64,000 nt of DNA, from positions 6,596 to 70,595 of the forward strand of contig DPKJ01000014.1 of the NCBI GenBank assembly GCA_003542575.1. The letters run 5' to 3'. The translations under genes were made by a program, and so were the position numbers. The notes below the pieces were generated by a model. That model was not told where the DNA came from. It did no database searches and saw nothing but the letters and a program-made list of their open reading frames with translations. The first letter of the stretch is position 1. Every line of letters starts with the position of its first letter. Shown here in pieces: positions 59,807-64,000 of the stretch. This DNA is from Rikenellaceae bacterium. GTDB taxonomy: Bacteria > Bacteroidota > Bacteroidia > Bacteroidales > UBA932.

Positions 59807-61258
59807 TTACTTACGTATCCAAGACCCTTGTATTGACATATCCATCAAATTTGCCCTTCCTGACCATTTGTATGTTGTGGGCCAAACACGAAAAGATCTT
59901 ACAAAATAGGTAAAAGCCCTTAAACTTAAAGGCAGGTCTTTTGGTTCCCACTTTTTTGTTACATCCATTTCAATCAGTACAAGATCTCCTTTTCGCAAGA
60001 GTGAATATTCTCCACCTGTTAAGACTGTCCCTGAAACAGAATAAATCCAGGTGCCTTTCATTTGTTGGTTTTGTGGCAAACTAAGCAGGTTGGGGAATCC
60101 GTTTTCAAATTTTATATCAATCCTATCCGGTCCATAATCTAACCAATAATTGGTTACCATTTGTTCCTTATTTAAACTGAAATTATGTATTCCGGTTTTT
60201 ATGTTGCCTTGCGCATTTTCCAGAACGAAAAGAGCAGTATTAGGGGGGTTAATTTCACCAATAGTTAGTTTTGAGGCGTAACGTGCAAAATATGTTTTTT
60301 GTCCATTTCGTTTTATAGCAAACTTAGAAGGAGTAAGCTTCCTATCACCAACTTGTGCATGAATTATAGTTCCTTCTCTATTTACAAAATCAAACTCTTG
60401 CATATAAGCAAGCAATAGTTTTGATGGTTTTTCCATATCATTGCCAACCGGTGCTAAAAATGGTAACCGATCATGATTAACTGAATTTTCTTTTATTAAT
60501 AACTCAATACGCCTTCCTTTGTAATCAGTAAAGGCAATGTCAACATCCACACCCGTTTTTAATATCTCAAAACGATCTGGAGACATTTGTACCTTACTCG
60601 CAATTCCTAATCCTTTACCTACGGCAAAAGTGGTGCTATCAAAAAAAACATCCGGCTGGTAATATACATCTATCTTCTTATCTGTCCTGTACATCAGAAC
60701 TCTTAATCCCTTGCCAAAACACAAATCATCATAATACTGTGGCTCTATCATTTCGTATTCAGGGTCACCTTTAAAGCTGACCACTAAAAGTCGCTTTATA
60801 GGTTCAACTGCTAGTATGAACGGGAAAACAAAATTTTCATGAATAGTTTGATTAATAACGAATTCTTTAGTTGTACCATGAGCATTTTTTGATAGAAAAA
60901 GTAATAGTATAAAAGGTGTGATATATACAATAAGCGACATCCACACTTTATACGGGCGCCTATAATATAACGCTTGGACTACTCCATAAAGGGCAAACAG
61001 GCCTAAAACAACATAAAAAAAGTGAAAATTGGCGTTAATTAATGCTAATAAACCTGACCCGGTAAATAAAATGCCAAAAACAAACATAATTACAACCTTA
61101 ATAAAAAAATGATGAGATTCAAGCTTCATTGAGAGCTCCTGGTGTTGTCTTTTTGCAGAAAGAGCAATTGTTTCTTTATTGCCTTTTAATAGATGGTAGA
61201 GGTTTGAGCCAATTTCAAATAAACCTAATGAAATAATAATGTAAATAAGAATAATCAT
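59807..61258 (-). CDS. Hypothetical protein: ~125-aa four-TM N-terminal domain plus ~350-aa soluble beta-rich domain
   Basis: 483-aa ORF with four hydrophobic segments followed by a hydrophilic region; no family recognised. Confidence 0.65.
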   Translation of the reverse strand: MIILIYIIISLGLFEIGSNLYHLLKGNKETIALSAKRQHQELSMKLESHHFFIKVVIMFVFGILFTGSGLLALINANFHFFYVVLGLFALYGVVQALYYRRPYKVWMSLIVYITPFILLLFLSKNAHGTTKEFVINQTIHENFVFPFILAVEPIKRLLVVSFKGDPEYEMIEPQYYDDLCFGKGLRVLMYRTDKKIDVYYQPDVFFDSTTFAVGKGLGIASKVQMSPDRFEILKTGVDVDIAFTDYKGRRIELLIKENSVNHDRLPFLAPVGNDMEKPSKLLLAYMQEFDFVNREGTIIHAQVGDRKLTPSKFAIKRNGQKTYFARYASKLTIGEINPPNTALFVLENAQGNIKTGIHNFSLNKEQMVTNYWLDYGPDRIDIKFENGFPNLLSLPQNQQMKGTWIYSVSGTVLTGGEYSLLRKGDLVLIEMDVTKKWEPKDLPLSLRAFTYFVRSFRVWPTTYKWSGRANLMDMSIQGSWIRK

Positions 61259-61315
61259 GAATAATTAATTTTATAAAAATTAGGTGCAAAGTTGTGGTAT
61301 AAAATTAATAAGTTC

Positions 61316-61331
61316 ATGAACCTGGGTTCAT
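61316..61331. promoter_or_regulatory. Palindromic candidate Crp/Fnr operator
   Basis: ATGAAC-CTGG-GTTCAT, 21 bp upstream of the non-consensus -7 element CAACTTTG (61294-61287). Confidence 0.6.
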
Positions 61332-61909
61332 AAATCAGAAGGGAATAATCTTCTTTTTATCCGGCAGAGCGATTGAGGCTTAATTCCTAGAAATGAAGCT
61401 ATATGGTATTGTGATATACGCTGAATGAAATCTTTGTTTTGCCTGATTAACTGGATATAACGTTGCTCAGGACTTTCGGTATAAAACGAAACAATGTGGT
61501 TTACAGCTGCAGCAAAAACTGTTTCAATCAATAATCGTCCAAATCTTTCGCCGTAAGTAACTTTTTGATAAAAGAGCTGTAAGTCGGTTTTGGAAATAGC
61601 ATACATAGTGCTTTTTTCGATAGTTATTATACTTTTTGTAGCAGGAGTCTGCTTTATAAAGCCATCTATATCGCCTATAAAATTTCCTTCGTTCCGAAAA
61701 ATAAATGTTCTTTCTTCTCCATTTATGTTAGCCGTGTATCGCACCAAACCCTTTGCAATAAACCATAATTTATTACAAATTTCTCCTTCCTGATGAACAA
61801 CAGTGTTAGCTCCATACTCTTTAACCTTGAATAAAGAATCGATAATCTGTAAGTCCGAATTATTCAATGGAATGAATTCATTTATTTTACTAATAAGCAA
61901 CTCTTTCAT
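61328..61909 (-). CDS. Crp/Fnr family transcriptional regulator
   Basis: EGEICNKLWFIAKGLVR, cNMP-binding fold, SPEQRY, RISQYHIASFLGIKPQSLCRIK HTH. Confidence 0.9.
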   Translation of the reverse strand: MKELLISKINEFIPLNNSDLQIIDSLFKVKEYGANTVVHQEGEICNKLWFIAKGLVRYTANINGEERTFIFRNEGNFIGDIDGFIKQTPATKSIITIEKSTMYAISKTDLQLFYQKVTYGERFGRLLIETVFAAAVNHIVSFYTESPEQRYIQLIRQNKDFIQRISQYHIASFLGIKPQSLCRIKRRLFPSDL

Positions 61910-61979
61910 GATCAACTAACTTGTTAAAAGACATTATTCGCAATAAGCACATGATGCTATTTATTAGCGCTTTTCGGCA

Positions 61980-62453
61980 TCATTTGTTCTCAGGTAAATT
62001 TATTTCAACTTGTTTCTTAAGCGCAAGATTCATTTGATTATAACCAATCTCCGTTTTTTTAATCATACTTCCCATAAATAAAACCATAGGCCCCCTAAAT
62101 CTTTCAATTTGCCGAAATCTAGTTTTACCATCTGAAGTTAGTTCAAGAAGAAATGCATGGTCACCACTATAAATAATCCTAAGAAAACTCCCTCCCCATA
62201 GAATTTTTTTGAATGGAATTACTTCATACACTTCTGGCACAAATATCATTGGTTTCATATCAGGTGTAACAACCTTAATACGTATGCGTTCACCTTCCTT
62301 CAAATTTCCTTCGACCAATGGAATAAACGAGTTCCATGTTTCCCACGATTTGAAATCCACTAGTACTTCCCATATTTTTTCTGGTTGCGCATCAATATCA
62401 ATCCAAGCATCGATTTCACGGTGCATTATTTTGGAGATTTTCTTCTCTTTCAT
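61980..62453 (-). CDS. SRPBCC/polyketide cyclase-dehydrase family protein
   Basis: IDIDAQPEKIWEVLVDF..W..WNSFI, TRFRQIERFRG, MNLALKKQVE. Confidence 0.8.
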   Translation of the reverse strand: MKEKKISKIMHREIDAWIDIDAQPEKIWEVLVDFKSWETWNSFIPLVEGNLKEGERIRIKVVTPDMKPMIFVPEVYEVIPFKKILWGGSFLRIIYSGDHAFLLELTSDGKTRFRQIERFRGPMVLFMGSMIKKTEIGYNQMNLALKKQVEINLPENK

Positions 62454-62532
62454 AGCAGTATATTTACTTTAAGTGACATGTTCTGCAAAGCCAGACATTT
62501 AAAATTTGAGATTTTAGGCTAATTTAATAACT

Positions 62533-63153
62533 TTAGAAATGCCAGCCCACTTTAAGTGATATTTCACCCTGAAACTTTTTGGTTTTGTACTCAGTTTCAC
62601 CAACAGTTATTTTTCTGTCGTTCAAAACGTAATGCACTGCTCCCCAAGGTTCAACATAAAAGTTTTTGTAAACTTTAAAAATATAACCACTACCTGAAGT
62701 GGCTACATAATTTTTAAGATCATAATCCTGATTATTCATTTTTGAGGTTATAGTGTTATCCCACATTTCAATCCCGACACCATACCACCATCCTTCGAAG
62801 TTGTTTTTCAAGAAATAATCAAAAATCAATGCTTTAGCAGTAGTATTTAAATCCTTATAATCCTCATTGTCTATTAGTTTATCAGGCATCGTAAAGCCAG
62901 CAATTACACCACGAATCCTGATTTTTTTGTATCCATACCACAATTGGGCTGAGTATCCAAAGTTACCTGATATCATGCTCATAATTGGAGGTAATAAGTC
63001 AATTGCTACACCAACAGTTTGTTTGACTTTAAGACTGTCAGTGTGTGATTTTCTAGTCTGTTTTTGATAATTTGCTTCAGGTAAATCCGATTGTGCTGAA
63101 ATTGTTGTTGCAACATAAAACACTGCAACTATAAGTAAGATGTATTTTTTCAT
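62533..63153 (-). CDS. Secreted putative outer-membrane beta-barrel protein
   Basis: Signal peptide, alternating amphipathic strands, GYIFK..KNFYVEPW, C-terminal KVGWHF. Confidence 0.6.
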   Translation of the reverse strand: MKKYILLIVAVFYVATTISAQSDLPEANYQKQTRKSHTDSLKVKQTVGVAIDLLPPIMSMISGNFGYSAQLWYGYKKIRIRGVIAGFTMPDKLIDNEDYKDLNTTAKALIFDYFLKNNFEGWWYGVGIEMWDNTITSKMNNQDYDLKNYVATSGSGYIFKVYKNFYVEPWGAVHYVLNDRKITVGETEYKTKKFQGEISLKVGWHF

Positions 63154-63209
63154 ATCATAATGTTTAAAAAATTATGATACAAAGTTCGGTCGGAAAATCA
63201 GTTAAATTA

Positions 63210-63225
63210 CTTCACATTTGTTATC
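63210..63225. promoter_or_regulatory. Second candidate Crp/Fnr operator
   Basis: Minus strand GATAAC-AAAT-GTGAAG, 22 bp upstream of GAACTTTG (63187-63180). Confidence 0.5.
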
Positions 63226-63233
63226 AAATACTC

Positions 63234-63815
63234 TCAATCGAATAATTCTTTACGGATCCGGCTTAATGACTGTGGGGCTATACCCAGAAAATTTGCAATA
63301 TGATAAAGTTGAACCCTTTGAAGAATTTCAGGAAACTGGCGTAATAGGTTTTCATAGCGCTCTGTTGCAGTAAGCACTTGTAAATCTACACTCTGCCGAA
63401 TAATTTTCAAAAATGCCTGTTCTGTTAAAACTCTGCCAAGTCTTTCAATTTTTGGGTTTTTTATATATAAATCGGACAAGGTCTGCTGTTTGATAACCAA
63501 TAATTCAGAATTTTCAATTGCCTTAATATTAATTAGTGATGGAGAATTACTCAAACGACTCTCGTTTGATGTTACCCAATCTCCTTCAAAAGCAAAATCG
63601 ATTGTTATTTCATTGCCATTGTATAAGGATTTATAATAAATCAGTACTCCATGGTTCACCAAACCAATAAAATTGCAAATCTGACCCTCCTCTAGTAAAA
63701 ACTCATTTTTCCCAAGCGTTTTTACTTCAAATAAATCAAAGAATACCTGGAATTCCTCCTCAGTTAATGAAATGATTGGTTCAATACTTCTTAGCAATGT
63801 GCTGATTTTATCCAT
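63234..63815 (-). CDS. Crp/Fnr family transcriptional regulator; start probably ATG 63815
   Basis: EGQICNFIGLVNHG, AIENSEL, TATERY, RVQLYHIANFLGIAPQSLSRIR HTH. Confidence 0.9.
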   Translation of the reverse strand: MDKISTLLRSIEPIISLTEEEFQVFFDLFEVKTLGKNEFLLEEGQICNFIGLVNHGVLIYYKSLYNGNEITIDFAFEGDWVTSNESRLSNSPSLINIKAIENSELLVIKQQTLSDLYIKNPKIERLGRVLTEQAFLKIIRQSVDLQVLTATERYENLLRQFPEILQRVQLYHIANFLGIAPQSLSRIRKELFD

Positions 63816-64000
63816 AAAAGAATTGTTGGCAGGATTTGTTTTTGCACGCAATTTAGACAATTCTTCTAAATCACTTATAGTAGCACATCTTTTATCAGTT
63901 TGAACTTCAACAAAAAAATTTTTACAGAATTATAATTACTATGTATTTACCTTACATTGCAATTTACACCTTTAGTAAAATAATTTATGATGCTTGAAAC

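Noticed and set aside
10-63067. Many short (60-200 aa) ORFs in the track that overlap annotated genes
   Set aside because: They are antisense or off-frame shadows of well-supported CDSs with no recognisable motifs.
58710-64000. Prophage or anti-phage defence island
   Set aside because: No phage structural, integrase, nuclease or toxin motifs were recognised; the content is regulatory and envelope-related.

Overview
Chromosomal window from a Bacteroidales bacterium. Evidence for the assignment: TTTG-N19/20-TAnnTTTG promoters, few Shine-Dalgarno motifs, an rpsL-rpsG-fusA-rpsJ block without tuf, and TonB/FadL outer-membrane proteins. Most of the window is compact housekeeping DNA: a selenouridine cluster (mnmH, yedF-like, selD), an aro operon with an AroD(type I)-AroA fusion, peptidases, arginine catabolism genes (arcA, ctlX, rocD), metK with a SAM-II riboswitch, pheS, fbp, sod, and three tRNAs (Leu-TAA, Gly-GCC, CAT-anticodon Ile2-type). 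The S10 ribosomal-protein operon is split. rpsJ (+, 58.2-58.5 kb) is separated from an rplC-rpsC block (-, 21.2-25.2 kb) that has its own promoter and terminator, and rplP does not follow rpsC. There are three AT-rich accessory patches: a beta-propeller lipoprotein plus an ATPase remnant (10.4-12.2 kb); a REP-associated (RAYT-type) HUH transposase with flanking repeats next to tRNA-Leu (25.9-27.9 kb); and a tRNA-adjacent island with two Crp/Fnr regulator-target modules (58.7-64 kb). The best candidates for undescribed biology are a 115-bp-period nested inverted-repeat element at 20.66-20.88 kb (REPIN/MITE-like, possibly linked to the RAYT), the rearranged S10 operon, the AroD-AroA fusion, and the Crp/Fnr modules with positioned palindromic operators. 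All calls were made by eye; no database searches were run.
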